Made by a program: the position numbers and the translations under genes. The notes under the pieces were generated by a model that saw only the letters and a program-made list of their open reading frames with translations, searched no databases and was not told the DNA's origin. Shown piece by piece: positions 43,712-52,491 of a stretch of 64,000 nt of DNA (position 1 is its first letter; each line of letters starts with the position of its first letter). The stretch lies in sequence record MZ443783.1. One strand, given 5' to 3'.

Positions 43712-44221
43712 TTACTCCTTAATCATTTTGACACGCGTGTGGTCGAAGATGCCAAAGGTAGGAACATCATTATGCTCACCTTCGTTACCTTTGATTGAGT
43801 CATACCCAGCAAGTTTGAGTATCTTGCTGATCTCGGTATACTCGTCCCACCACATGTAGACTCGCTTATACTGCGATGCAGGTATAAGTTTGTCTAGCGC
43901 GTCTAACCTTTTAACGAGAGTCATCGCTTCATCTTTGCCAACCAGATGCAACTGGAAGGCTTCCATGATAAGATGCTTCACTCGTCTATGAATCTCAGCG
44001 AACTTTACTTCCGTCCACAGAGAACGGAATTTCAGGCTGGCGTATCGGCCTGGGTCCGCATGAAATTTGTAGAGGCGCCCATCCTCCGCATACTTCTCGG
44101 CATACGCACGATCAGGAGTTACCCAAGTCATGTGTTGCTTCTTAGCATGTTCATCTGACCAGTCTTCTGCAAGACCGCGATAGTAGATTGTGGGCGCACT
44201 CAGGCTGACAAAGATCTGCAA
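43712..44221 (-). CDS. ADP-ribosyltransferase-fold protein (ART-PolyVal-like) with MQIFVSLSA leader (169 aa)
   Basis: YYRGL...TWVTPDRAYAEKYA...RLYKF and LKLAGYDSIK....TFGIFD patterns. Confidence 0.6.
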   Translation of the reverse strand: MQIFVSLSAPTIYYRGLAEDWSDEHAKKQHMTWVTPDRAYAEKYAEDGRLYKFHADPGRYASLKFRSLWTEVKFAEIHRRVKHLIMEAFQLHLVGKDEAMTLVKRLDALDKLIPASQYKRVYMWWDEYTEISKILKLAGYDSIKGNEGEHNDVPTFGIFDHTRVKMIKE

Positions 44222-44224
44222 CTG

Positions 44225-45148
44225 TTACTTGCTCAGGCGTTTGAACGTAGCGCCCTTGTCGTTGTAGGTGATGCTGACAACGCCAGGAATTTCAAAGCCG
44301 TCTTTCTTACGAACAATCGGGATGTTTTTGTCTGCGAAGTGGTGACGCATTTCGGTAACAACTACACCAGCACCGTTACCGAGCGACTTACCTTCGGAGT
44401 TAGTGATTGTGCCGCTTGCTTTAGAGAAGTCTGCTTTAGCGCCGACAGTTCTCAGAATAGCCTTAGAGCGTTTCTCTACTTTATCACTCAGCTTCTTATC
44501 CGCGCCCGCTGCGGCTGGTTTACTTGGCTTTTTAGCGGCAGGAGCTTCTTTCGCTTTCTGCGTTTTCTTAACAGAAGCGCGAGGTCCCATGCCAGGTTTA
44601 GCCGTAGACGTCTTCTGACCGATAGCGTCAAACGCAGCTTCTTTCAGGAACTTCGGCTTGAAGGTACCACGCTTACCTGTAACGCCGAACTCAGTCAGCT
44701 TGGTAGCACGGATAGATTTCAGTGCCTTGTCAGCACCTACACCAGTTTTGATATCAGCAGCAGACAGAGGCAGATTCAGACCACCCAGACCGTGAGCTTT
44801 AGCAACCTTGTTCGCTTCCCGCAGAGCAGCCTTAGCCGTTTTGATTTCGGCAGTAGCTTTAGCCTTCTCAGTTTTACGAGTGGCCATCAGCTTGGTGCGC
44901 TTATCACCACGAGGCAGTTGGCGAGCCTTTGTCGAAGCAGTGTTGGATTTGATTGAGGCAGTAATGCCGGCAACAGCAGCAGTCTTAGCTTTTTTCAAAT
45001 GACCAACAACAGTCTGCAACTCTGCTTTCTTGGCAGAGTTGACTAGCAGCGTAGTTGCGCCACCAAACTTATGCACACGGTATGCCGGTTTCTTTGCAGC
45101 AGATTCTGACACCAGAGAGTCAGCGATATTAATACGAATGAGAGCCAT
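44225..45148 (-). CDS. Basic Lys/Ala-rich protein (307 aa; start revised to MALIRINIADS)
   Basis: AAGGAA SD before ATG 45148; KKTQKAKEAPAAKKPSKPAAAGADKK segment. Confidence 0.6.
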   Translation of the reverse strand: MALIRINIADSLVSESAAKKPAYRVHKFGGATTLLVNSAKKAELQTVVGHLKKAKTAAVAGITASIKSNTASTKARQLPRGDKRTKLMATRKTEKAKATAEIKTAKAALREANKVAKAHGLGGLNLPLSAADIKTGVGADKALKSIRATKLTEFGVTGKRGTFKPKFLKEAAFDAIGQKTSTAKPGMGPRASVKKTQKAKEAPAAKKPSKPAAAGADKKLSDKVEKRSKAILRTVGAKADFSKASGTITNSEGKSLGNGAGVVVTEMRHHFADKNIPIVRKKDGFEIPGVVSITYNDKGATFKRLSK

Positions 45149-45158
45149 TTTGTTTTCC

Positions 45159-45764
45159 TTATACCAGGGCGCGGCCCGGGATATCAAAATTTTTACCAGC
45201 GGAGTAATCACCCAGCGCTTGGTAGAGAGAGTTACGCAACATCTGTTCGATGATATCGGAGTTATGAGCCGATGCGTCTTTGAACGCAACTTCAATCGAA
45301 TCAGTTCTCGGATTCACTACAGCGTATCGCAGAGGGCAGATCGTTTGAGCTTCACACCAGGCATCAATACGCGGCTGCAAGTCAGGCGTGATTGGAATGC
45401 GGAAGTCAGTGAGAGCAAACACTACGCTTTGAATAGGCGGTGGTGCAGACAGCGAATTGTATTTACCTTTCGGGTCGAGTCGCTCCATGGCCATAGAGGC
45501 ATCATAGACAGACTGATAACCTTCACCAACGGTTTTGATATCAGCCAGCTTGAAGCTATGCGTTGACAAGCCTTTGCGAATCAGCTTGGCGATCTTGAGA
45601 TCGTAATCACCAGAATCGTCAGTAGCAAAGGCAACGAACGCGTAGAAGGAGATCCCATCAGTTTCGCGCAGCAGACGATGGTCCAACACACGAAAGCCCA
45701 CGACACTCGAAAGTGCCTGGGCTGTTACCTGAGGCCCCTTAGATAAGGAGACGAAGATTTGCAT
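45159..45764 (-). CDS. Hypothetical protein with MQIFVSLSK leader (201 aa)
   Basis: TAATG coupling; leader motif. Confidence 0.6.
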   Translation of the reverse strand: MQIFVSLSKGPQVTAQALSSVVGFRVLDHRLLRETDGISFYAFVAFATDDSGDYDLKIAKLIRKGLSTHSFKLADIKTVGEGYQSVYDASMAMERLDPKGKYNSLSAPPPIQSVVFALTDFRIPITPDLQPRIDAWCEAQTICPLRYAVVNPRTDSIEVAFKDASAHNSDIIEQMLRNSLYQALGDYSAGKNFDIPGRALV

Positions 45765-46102
45765 TAACGCAGAGTCTTCAACGCCTGTTTAGCTTTCGCC
45801 AAATCAGTGAAGTATTTAGCGTCGTCATCGAACTCTGGTTCCATGCGAATCTCGATGCCAGATACGTTGAAGCCGATATCTTCATCTTCATCTTTGGTGA
45901 CCATGCCGAAACGAGCTACGCCTTCTTTGTAGCTAATGAAACGGAAGTCGATGATATCTTCCGGACCGCTCAAGTCAGACGGCATACCATCGTCCAGCAG
46001 ATCGAAGAACTCTTTCTTCGTCAGCTTAGTGAACACGCTTGCCATGGCGTTGGCAGAAGTAGACGCTACAGATTCGTCGAGATTCAGTTTGATAAGAGTC
46101 AT
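45764..46102 (-). CDS. Acidic hypothetical protein (112 aa)
   Basis: MTLIKLNLDESVASTSA N-terminus parallels that of 44225..45148. Confidence 0.6.
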   Translation of the reverse strand: MTLIKLNLDESVASTSANAMASVFTKLTKKEFFDLLDDGMPSDLSGPEDIIDFRFISYKEGVARFGMVTKDEDEDIGFNVSGIEIRMEPEFDDDAKYFTDLAKAKQALKTLR

Positions 46103-46104
46103 AG

Positions 46105-46674
46105 TTAAATTCCAACCTGTTTAGTGATTGTGATAACACGCTGGTACCAACCATAAATGTTATCTTCCTGGGTTTCATCTGCCTTAGCGATGTTCTTCAA
46201 CTTCGCAATACGACAGCCGTTGTAGGCATAAGCCAATACTTTGATATCGCGTACCTTGACATAGGCGTCAAGTGCAGCCAGTGTCTTAGGACCGATATTT
46301 GCAGCAGGAGCAAAGTCAGGATAGAGTTTGCCGCGCTGGTTCAGGATATTCAACTGGTCTTGCAGTTCAGCAATCGCAGCTGGTGGTCCTGAGTTAACTG
46401 CATAGTCAAATACCCACAGAGCCAGTTCTTGGCTGTACTTAGCAAGCTGATCGCATTTGCAGAAGTCCCAGAAATTAGCGCTGTAGATAGCGTATGCGAT
46501 TTCGTACGGCAGATTTTGCATATCGCCTTTATAGCCATATGCACGAGCATTCTTCTCCGTGACACCCCAACGTGTAGGGCCACCACGATCCGCCGCGCGA
46601 TTTGTATACTTCTCACCACCTTCTCGGTCGATGACCTCGGCAATGGCTTTCTTACGAAACGTCATAGCGTCCAT
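46105..46674 (-). CDS. Glycoside hydrolase family 108 lysozyme (endolysin) with C-terminal PG-binding region (189 aa; start revised)
   Basis: REGGEKYTNRAADRGGPTRWGVT (EGGY-like catalytic motif), FDYAVNSGP, YGWYQR; GAGGA SD. Confidence 0.88.
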   Translation of the reverse strand: MDAMTFRKKAIAEVIDREGGEKYTNRAADRGGPTRWGVTEKNARAYGYKGDMQNLPYEIAYAIYSANFWDFCKCDQLAKYSQELALWVFDYAVNSGPPAAIAELQDQLNILNQRGKLYPDFAPAANIGPKTLAALDAYVKVRDIKVLAYAYNGCRIAKLKNIAKADETQEDNIYGWYQRVITITKQVGI

Positions 46675-46700
46675 AATGAGTCCTCTTGATCGACATATCA

Positions 46701-46707
46701 AAATTAT
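46701..46707 (-). promoter_or_regulatory. Class-2 promoter-like motif variant (ATAATTT)
   Basis: Intergenic, 26 nt upstream of the endolysin start. Confidence 0.4.
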
Positions 46708-46709
46708 CG

Positions 46710-47594
46710 TCAGATGGACAATCTCGTAGCTTTGAACTTAAATGCAGGGCGTGTTCCTGGAATGAGTTCAGCGGGCAGATCATAGTCATTGTCGTCCAGC
46801 ATAACCAACGTATTTAATGCTTTCCAGTAGAAAAGACCGAACGCCAGATTGACTGTTTCGTCCGCAGCTTCTCTCGGTGCCCAGAAGATACCATCATCTC
46901 TGTACGACAGGTGCATGTCCGCGAAGTTACCGCCGTCCGTACCAACAGAGCAGGCTTTCATGGCCATAGCATATTGGAAATTAACGTCAGTAGTCGTGTA
47001 CACATCGACAGGCGCAATGGGAGGAAAACCATATCCTGTTTTAAACTGGTCTGAATACGTCGGTGCCGTGGTGACGACTGAGCCATTATATGTTTTCAAG
47101 TGAAGCGTACTAGGGAAGCGTCCGAACTGACTGCTTGTACCAGACGTTGCGAGAGCAGCACACTTAGGGAAGTGCATCTTAACGTCAAACGGACAGTTGA
47201 AGATTACGGTACCTTTCCGAATTGTATAATCAGGGAAATACTCGGCTCGGGTTGCATCGTAACTCTGATAGTCCACGACTCCTGGTTCCGATACATGCGG
47301 CGAAAAGCCTACGGTGTTCTCCTGCATTATGATATCGTAGGTTGCGGGCGCCCAGTTCTTATCTGAGGCATACTTTGCGAAGGTTGGGAAGTATTTGTTT
47401 CCGTGCTGCCCTGCGACTGGATTGAGCTTACTGCCTACACCAAGAACCGAGCGAGCCTTATGTGCATTCTGTTTCGCAAATGTCATATCTCGCATTTGAA
47501 TTTTGGTGATGCCGTCTCTTGCATCAAAGAAAAGAACGTTAGGCATGTTCGTTTCTTTCGAAGCCAATCCAAAGAGTGTTGCTATGTATTGCAT
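46710..47594 (-). CDS. 'MQY' paralogue family protein (294 aa)
   Basis: MQYI start; KARSVLG, LNPVAGQ, LIPGTRP. Confidence 0.55.
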   Translation of the reverse strand: MQYIATLFGLASKETNMPNVLFFDARDGITKIQMRDMTFAKQNAHKARSVLGVGSKLNPVAGQHGNKYFPTFAKYASDKNWAPATYDIIMQENTVGFSPHVSEPGVVDYQSYDATRAEYFPDYTIRKGTVIFNCPFDVKMHFPKCAALATSGTSSQFGRFPSTLHLKTYNGSVVTTAPTYSDQFKTGYGFPPIAPVDVYTTTDVNFQYAMAMKACSVGTDGGNFADMHLSYRDDGIFWAPREAADETVNLAFGLFYWKALNTLVMLDDNDYDLPAELIPGTRPAFKFKATRLSI

Positions 47595-47642
47595 TGTGTA
47601 TCACCTCAATGGTCTGTCGAAGGTACTACGCGCTTGTGCCTA

Positions 47643-47649
47643 AAATTAG
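47643..47649 (-). promoter_or_regulatory. Class-2 promoter-like motif CTAATTT
   Basis: Intergenic, after a terminator, 48 nt upstream of 47594. Confidence 0.55.
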
Positions 47650-47662
47650 CTCCAAGATCGAC

Positions 47663-47682
47663 AAAAGGGGCCGAAGCCCCTT
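47663..47682 (-). terminator. Intrinsic terminator
   Basis: AAGGGGC-TTCG-GCCCCTT-TT. Confidence 0.85.
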
Positions 47683-48022
47683 AGAATGTCCAACGAGTAG
47701 CCCAAGCGATTAAGCCTGAGATAATACCGATGTGTGCCAGATAACCGTACTGCAACACATAGCCTCTGACATAGTGCTTCATGCCGCCCTCATACGCACC
47801 ATCATACACGGCAGAGATCATCGTGAACGACATAACGTAGGTGAACACATGCCACGTTGTCATCTCCATCACTTCGTTGCAGAACACTATTAGGAATAAT
47901 GAAACTGCCATGATGTACACTGTGCGTTTGGTCTCGGTTAGATTGATACCAAGCACAACAGGACGCATCAAGAAGGATGCGAATATCGAAACCAGCATTA
48001 GCGTTTCATAGTCGGCTGACAT
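47681..48022 (-). CDS. Small membrane protein with several hydrophobic segments (113 aa)
   Basis: Three to four hydrophobic stretches; holin role possible but not demonstrated. Confidence 0.5.
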   Translation of the reverse strand: MSADYETLMLVSIFASFLMRPVVLGINLTETKRTVYIMAVSLFLIVFCNEVMEMTTWHVFTYVMSFTMISAVYDGAYEGGMKHYVRGYVLQYGYLAHIGIISGLIAWATRWTF

Positions 48023-48327
48023 GCTTCGTCTACCTGTTCAGGAGTGATGTGTGCTTTTCTACGCAGGTCGAGCGCCAGTTGTGCTTTACGTCCAATGCGA
48101 GCATACGACTCAAGATCATCGTCGGAGTAACCGCTCATGCTTTCGCGTACATGAGACAGCTCGGCCATTTGGCGTGGACTCAGTTCGTTCGAACGCGCAT
48201 AGGCAGTCGCATGATCAATGTTACCTACATTAAAGCCTGCACAGCGATTCCAGATAGGCTCGGCATTAGGGTCCGTCTGCACCATCAACGTACCGTGACG
48301 ATCAACGTCATGAATATTACGACTCAT
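47998..48327 (-). CDS. Hypothetical protein (109 aa; start revised to MSRNIHD)
   Basis: GGGAG SD before ATG 48327. Confidence 0.55.
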   Translation of the reverse strand: MSRNIHDVDRHGTLMVQTDPNAEPIWNRCAGFNVGNIDHATAYARSNELSPRQMAELSHVRESMSGYSDDDLESYARIGRKAQLALDLRRKAHITPEQVDEACQPTMKR

Positions 48328-48328
48328 A

Positions 48329-49042
48329 TCAAACTCCCTGGTTAGAAACGTAGGTGTCGGTGATGTTCGCAGTCTTCTCCACGTTACCACGAATGTACCC
48401 GAGTTCAAACACCTGCACGTTATGTTTGACGACTGCTTCACCTGCTGTCTCACAGGCACCGCTGTGGAGATCAAGGAAGGCCTGACACAAACGATCTGCA
48501 ACAGGCTTTGCCAAAATCTTCATCAGTGTATGCCTCTGCATAGCAGTGAGCTTGATAGGCATCGCGTCAATCTCGCGTTCGATATTCTTACGACCACCGT
48601 TAAATATCCACTTACAGATTGTCGCAGTCAAAGGCTTCTGGTGAGTCTTCGACGGCAATGTGTAGATGAATGTCATCAGGCTATAGAACAGGCTGCCGTC
48701 GATAGCGCGTTTCTTGAGGTCATCAAGGTACTGACCAACAGGCTGCAACTTACCGCGCTGAGGCTGCATCTCATCCAGCTTGAGATCAACGTCTAGGCCA
48801 AAACGCTTCAACGACTCGGAGTGCCCAAACACATAGACGATATGATTAGGCATATCACGAATAGCAACAGCGTTACGGCTATACTCCCGTGCACCAACGA
48901 CAAACAAATACTTGCGATATTTCTTCGACGGGTCAATGGTGCCACCGATAGGAACAAACGTTACTCGGTCGGCATGACCTTTCTTTTTCAGCCAGCCCAT
49001 AACCTGCTCTGGGCTTTGACGTGTTACCGCGATTACAGGCAT
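48329..49042 (-). CDS. Hypothetical protein (237 aa)
   Basis: GGAG SD; in the SbcC operon. Confidence 0.55.
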   Translation of the reverse strand: MPVIAVTRQSPEQVMGWLKKKGHADRVTFVPIGGTIDPSKKYRKYLFVVGAREYSRNAVAIRDMPNHIVYVFGHSESLKRFGLDVDLKLDEMQPQRGKLQPVGQYLDDLKKRAIDGSLFYSLMTFIYTLPSKTHQKPLTATICKWIFNGGRKNIEREIDAMPIKLTAMQRHTLMKILAKPVADRLCQAFLDLHSGACETAGEAVVKHNVQVFELGYIRGNVEKTANITDTYVSNQGV

Positions 49043-49044
49043 CG

Positions 49045-49368
49045 TTACTCCACAGTGTTGAGCGCTTTAGCCGTGTACTCACGCAGAGTACGTTCGATGT
49101 TTTCTGCCAGAGTAGGATGACAGATGAGCTGGTGGTCTTTCATGAAGACACGCAGCGACGGACGCATTACTTTACGCGTCTGCATCTTCATGCGCAGCGC
49201 ACGGTGCATAGCGGTAGCGTAATATTCTTCCTCACGCTCCTCCAGGCAGTTCGCATTTGCCACTACTTCGTACTTGGCGAAGATGTGTGGATTACGATTG
49301 ATGTACGCCGGGTCCATAGGCACACTATTCTTTTCGTGATCACGATTGAGTTGACCGAAGATCATCAT
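49045..49368 (-). CDS. Hypothetical protein (107 aa)
   Basis: ATGA overlap with the SbcC stop. Confidence 0.55.
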   Translation of the reverse strand: MMIFGQLNRDHEKNSVPMDPAYINRNPHIFAKYEVVANANCLEEREEEYYATAMHRALRMKMQTRKVMRPSLRVFMKDHQLICHPTLAENIERTLREYTAKALNTVE

Positions 49369-51698
49369 ATCACCTTACGGGACAGACTGGACGTTCCACC
49401 TTTCTTGGTGACTGTCCATTGATTGTTAGAGAAGTGCTCGACGTCATTTGGAGTTATCCAGTAGATGTTCGGGATAATCTGTTTGAGAATCGGCAGGAAG
49501 TTTTCAACGATGTGATTACTCACCGCAGGGCTACAACTGTTATCAGGCTCATCGAGGATGATAAAGTTCGTGCGACGGTTCGCTGGGATAAACGGCATGA
49601 TCGCTACAGCGAACAGCAGTCTAAAGCAGTTAGTCTCCGCGCCGCTCATGATACCAATGTCCGTAGTCTTTTTCGAGATCATACGAGTCACGGTAGCACC
49701 AACACCTTGCTTGGTCGTAAACAGTTCGAATCGCATAGGCTCAGGGAAGACGAGGCCAGAGTATTCGTTCAGCTTGGCTTCGATTTGTTTCAATCGACTC
49801 TCAACGGCTTTCAATTTGAGCGCGTTGTTGCTGTATGCCTTATACAAGACTTCGAACACCTTGCGCTTATCAATCAACGGCTGGAGCTTGGCTAGCTTGG
49901 TACGGAGTTCACGTAATGTTTCCTCGTAGTGCTCATGCTCCTGCACACGCATCTGGATGCCTTGCGCCTTGCGCTCTTTCTTGTCGATATCGTTACGCAG
50001 AGATTCAGCTTCCTGTTCAATCTTTTTGTAACGTCCGTCAAGAATGTAGAACGGATCTTCTGGCTCACCGATAGCTTTCATTGCAGCGCGAAGGTCTTTC
50101 AGAATCTCAAGGTCCTTGATTCGGTTCTTGATTGTCTTACGGGCTTTCTTAGGCTGCTTGACCGCTTTAGGTTTCTTGAGCGCTGCCTTACGTGCTTGCA
50201 GCTTCTCCAGCTTCTTGGCCTGTTCGAATTGTTCTTCGATCTGGTCAAGCTGTTTGCCTGCTGTCTTGAGTTTCTTCTCAAGCGCTTTGCGATCATGCTT
50301 CGGCTTCTTCACTTTGTCTGACTGCAACGCGGTGAGTTCGGCATTCAGCTTGTGATAGTCGATATCAGTAATGCACTCGTCAATGATAGCCTGCGCTTTG
50401 GTTGCTGCGCGTGACATGGCTTTGATATCAACATCCTGACCGCAAGTAGGACAGGAGTTACCATCGTGCTCATGCTCCTCAAAAGCACGATACGCCTGAA
50501 CTATTGCTTTGGATTCTGCTCTGGCATCCTGTGCCTCTTCCTGAGTTCGTTTAGGACTTTTGAGCTTAGACAACCGTTTGGTGAGCTTTTCACAGGCTTC
50601 TCGCCAGTCGTCGTATTCTTCTTGTTGCTCATCTACCTTCTCCAGTAGCTCTTGGAGTTCTTCTTCCTCTTTAACCAGCTTGCCGTGTTTCTTACGCAAC
50701 TTCTTGTTATCGAGATCAGCAACATCACCAAGTGCCTTGATGCGTTTCTTAACTTCGGCCAGCTCTGCTTCGTATTCCTCCAGAGCTTCCACGTAATCTT
50801 CGTAACGGTCATGCTCGATGAGCTGGCCCCGCAGGTCATTCAGTTCGCCTTTGAGATCAGTAGTCTCAATGCCAAGAGTGTCCAGTTGGTGTTTCAGCTT
50901 CTCGTACTTACGCGCATTGCTACGCGCCGTACTGAGTTCGACCAGTTTACCATTCAGGTCATTACGTCTGGCTTTCATCTTATCGAGATGCTTGATGATA
51001 GCAGCCAGAGTATTCTTTTCTTCGGCGTGAATGTTCAGCGCGTTTTGTTTACGCTGCGTCACGTCGAACATATCAGCCAGGCCTTTCGATTCTGTCTCGG
51101 CGTCTTTGGCCAAGTCCAGTTTCTTCTTCAACGCCATACGAATGTTGTCGAAGATATCGAGGTTGAATAACGAGGTCAGATACTTGAGGCGATCAGCAGG
51201 TGCAGCGCGTTGGAACGGATGCGAGATCTGCGACTGAATATAACAGTAGCTGTAGAACTCATCTTTGGACAGAGGCCAGTGCTTCTGTACCCAACCACGA
51301 GCAACGTCCTGACGACCAACCTTCTGGTCTTCACCATTGAAGAACACTTGATACTTCGTGGCCGACTGTACGATACGCACAATGCCACCGAGCGGAGATT
51401 CCCACGACAGGTCTATTGAACTACCTTTGCCGAGCATGTTCCCCTTGTCTTTCTTTTTCATCGCAAGAGGGTCAGCTTCATACAGCAAGGTAGGTATCGC
51501 AGCGAACAGCATACTTTTGCCTACGCCGTTCGTGTTGTCTTTAACGTTCGTACTATCGAGGTTCTTTCCGCAGATTGTTGCGAAGCCCTCGTTGTCAAGG
51601 CCGTCAATATCGAGTTCCTTATACACGCCAACGTCGCGCAAGTGAATCTCTTTCAGGCCGATACCGTGCTGCTGTTTCTGCTTTTGCTTCTTGGCCAT
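49365..51698 (-). CDS. sbcC: SbcC/Rad50-like SMC ATPase (777 aa)
   Basis: Walker A NGVGKS, Q-loop YIQSQ, central zinc hook CPTCGQ in coiled coil, signature MSGAE, Walker B IILDEPD. Confidence 0.9.
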   Translation of the reverse strand: MAKKQKQKQQHGIGLKEIHLRDVGVYKELDIDGLDNEGFATICGKNLDSTNVKDNTNGVGKSMLFAAIPTLLYEADPLAMKKKDKGNMLGKGSSIDLSWESPLGGIVRIVQSATKYQVFFNGEDQKVGRQDVARGWVQKHWPLSKDEFYSYCYIQSQISHPFQRAAPADRLKYLTSLFNLDIFDNIRMALKKKLDLAKDAETESKGLADMFDVTQRKQNALNIHAEEKNTLAAIIKHLDKMKARRNDLNGKLVELSTARSNARKYEKLKHQLDTLGIETTDLKGELNDLRGQLIEHDRYEDYVEALEEYEAELAEVKKRIKALGDVADLDNKKLRKKHGKLVKEEEELQELLEKVDEQQEEYDDWREACEKLTKRLSKLKSPKRTQEEAQDARAESKAIVQAYRAFEEHEHDGNSCPTCGQDVDIKAMSRAATKAQAIIDECITDIDYHKLNAELTALQSDKVKKPKHDRKALEKKLKTAGKQLDQIEEQFEQAKKLEKLQARKAALKKPKAVKQPKKARKTIKNRIKDLEILKDLRAAMKAIGEPEDPFYILDGRYKKIEQEAESLRNDIDKKERKAQGIQMRVQEHEHYEETLRELRTKLAKLQPLIDKRKVFEVLYKAYSNNALKLKAVESRLKQIEAKLNEYSGLVFPEPMRFELFTTKQGVGATVTRMISKKTTDIGIMSGAETNCFRLLFAVAIMPFIPANRRTNFIILDEPDNSCSPAVSNHIVENFLPILKQIIPNIYWITPNDVEHFSNNQWTVTKKGGTSSLSRKVI

Positions 51699-51910
51699 TA
51701 GAAATACTCGACAGTTTCTTCCTGTATCAGACCTTTACCATGCGTCTGCTCAAACACTTCGATTTCGTCCTGCGTGTACTCTGAGGACGATTCGGCGATC
51801 ACATCATACGAGATGGATTCTTCGCGTGTGTCAGAAATGATTGGCTTGAGAATACGCCACAGAGGCAGAGCGATTGTTTCGCGCTTCAAGATTTTTGCTA
51901 CGGCAACCAT
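51698..51910 (-). CDS. Hypothetical protein (70 aa; start revised to MVAVAK)
   Basis: TAATG coupling on both sides. Confidence 0.5.
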   Translation of the reverse strand: MVAVAKILKRETIALPLWRILKPIISDTREESISYDVIAESSSEYTQDEIEVFEQTHGKGLIQEETVEYF

Positions 51911-52125
51911 TAGTGAAATACTCCAGCTGGTTCTACCCACAGTTCAGGCGCGTTGTACTGCGCACGTAATTCGTTCAGGCGATCATCAGTCAGTGGACGA
52001 TCGGAGACTAAGATGCACTGCGGCACCTTTTCTTCTTTACCTGTTACAGGATGAATGTCGCGGTCGTGGCGCATGACATTCCAACGTTTTGATACGGAGA
52101 TATTGATGAAGGTATTGCGTTCCAT
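51910..52125 (-). CDS. Hypothetical protein (71 aa; start revised to MERNTF)
   Basis: First gene after the terminator plus class-1 motif. Confidence 0.5.
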   Translation of the reverse strand: MERNTFINISVSKRWNVMRHDRDIHPVTGKEEKVPQCILVSDRPLTDDRLNELRAQYNAPELWVEPAGVFH

Positions 52126-52163
52126 AGTCAAGGACCTATGTATAGTGTATGAATGATACTCGC

Positions 52164-52172
52164 TATTTACAG
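52164..52172 (-). promoter_or_regulatory. Class-1 promoter-like motif CTGTAAATA
   Basis: Exact copy heading the SbcC operon. Confidence 0.65.
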
Positions 52173-52189
52173 TTTTTGAGGATATAGAC

Positions 52190-52219
52190 AAAAAGAAGGG
52201 CCACCGTTAGGCAGCCCCT
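52190..52219 (-). terminator. Intrinsic terminator
   Basis: GGGGCTGCC-TAAC-GGTGGCCCT-TCTTTTT. Confidence 0.75.
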
Positions 52220-52491
52220 GCGAATACTTTGCGCACCCCGTTATCCAGATAGTGATCTGCATAGAAGGGTCCATTTTCGTTTTCAATACCAATGCGCCTA
52301 CATAGCTGACGACGTAAGCGTCTAGGCCATACCAGCTCATCTTCAATCAGATGGATGACGGCAGGTAGTGCTTCCAGTTGCGTCATAGTCAGGTCACGAA
52401 TCTTGTCGTCAATGCGACACAGCTCCGCATAGTCCTGTTCAGGTGTTGGTACGTTGCGCACAGGCTTAGAAAGATCTACGGTGAGTTCCAT
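52207..52491 (-). CDS. Hypothetical protein (94 aa)
   Basis: TGATG coupling; MELTVDLSK start resembles the leader motif. Confidence 0.55.
   Translation of the reverse strand: MELTVDLSKPVRNVPTPEQDYAELCRIDDKIRDLTMTQLEALPAVIHLIEDELVWPRRLRRQLCRRIGIENENGPFYADHYLDNGVRKVFAGAA

Noticed and set aside
38846-45295. Track starts at 40915, 43533 and 45295 (also 13630, 30458, 46701, 48501)
   Set aside because: These extensions overlap neighbouring genes, terminators or promoter motifs and lack SD sequences; downstream starts with clear SD or paralogous N-termini were preferred.
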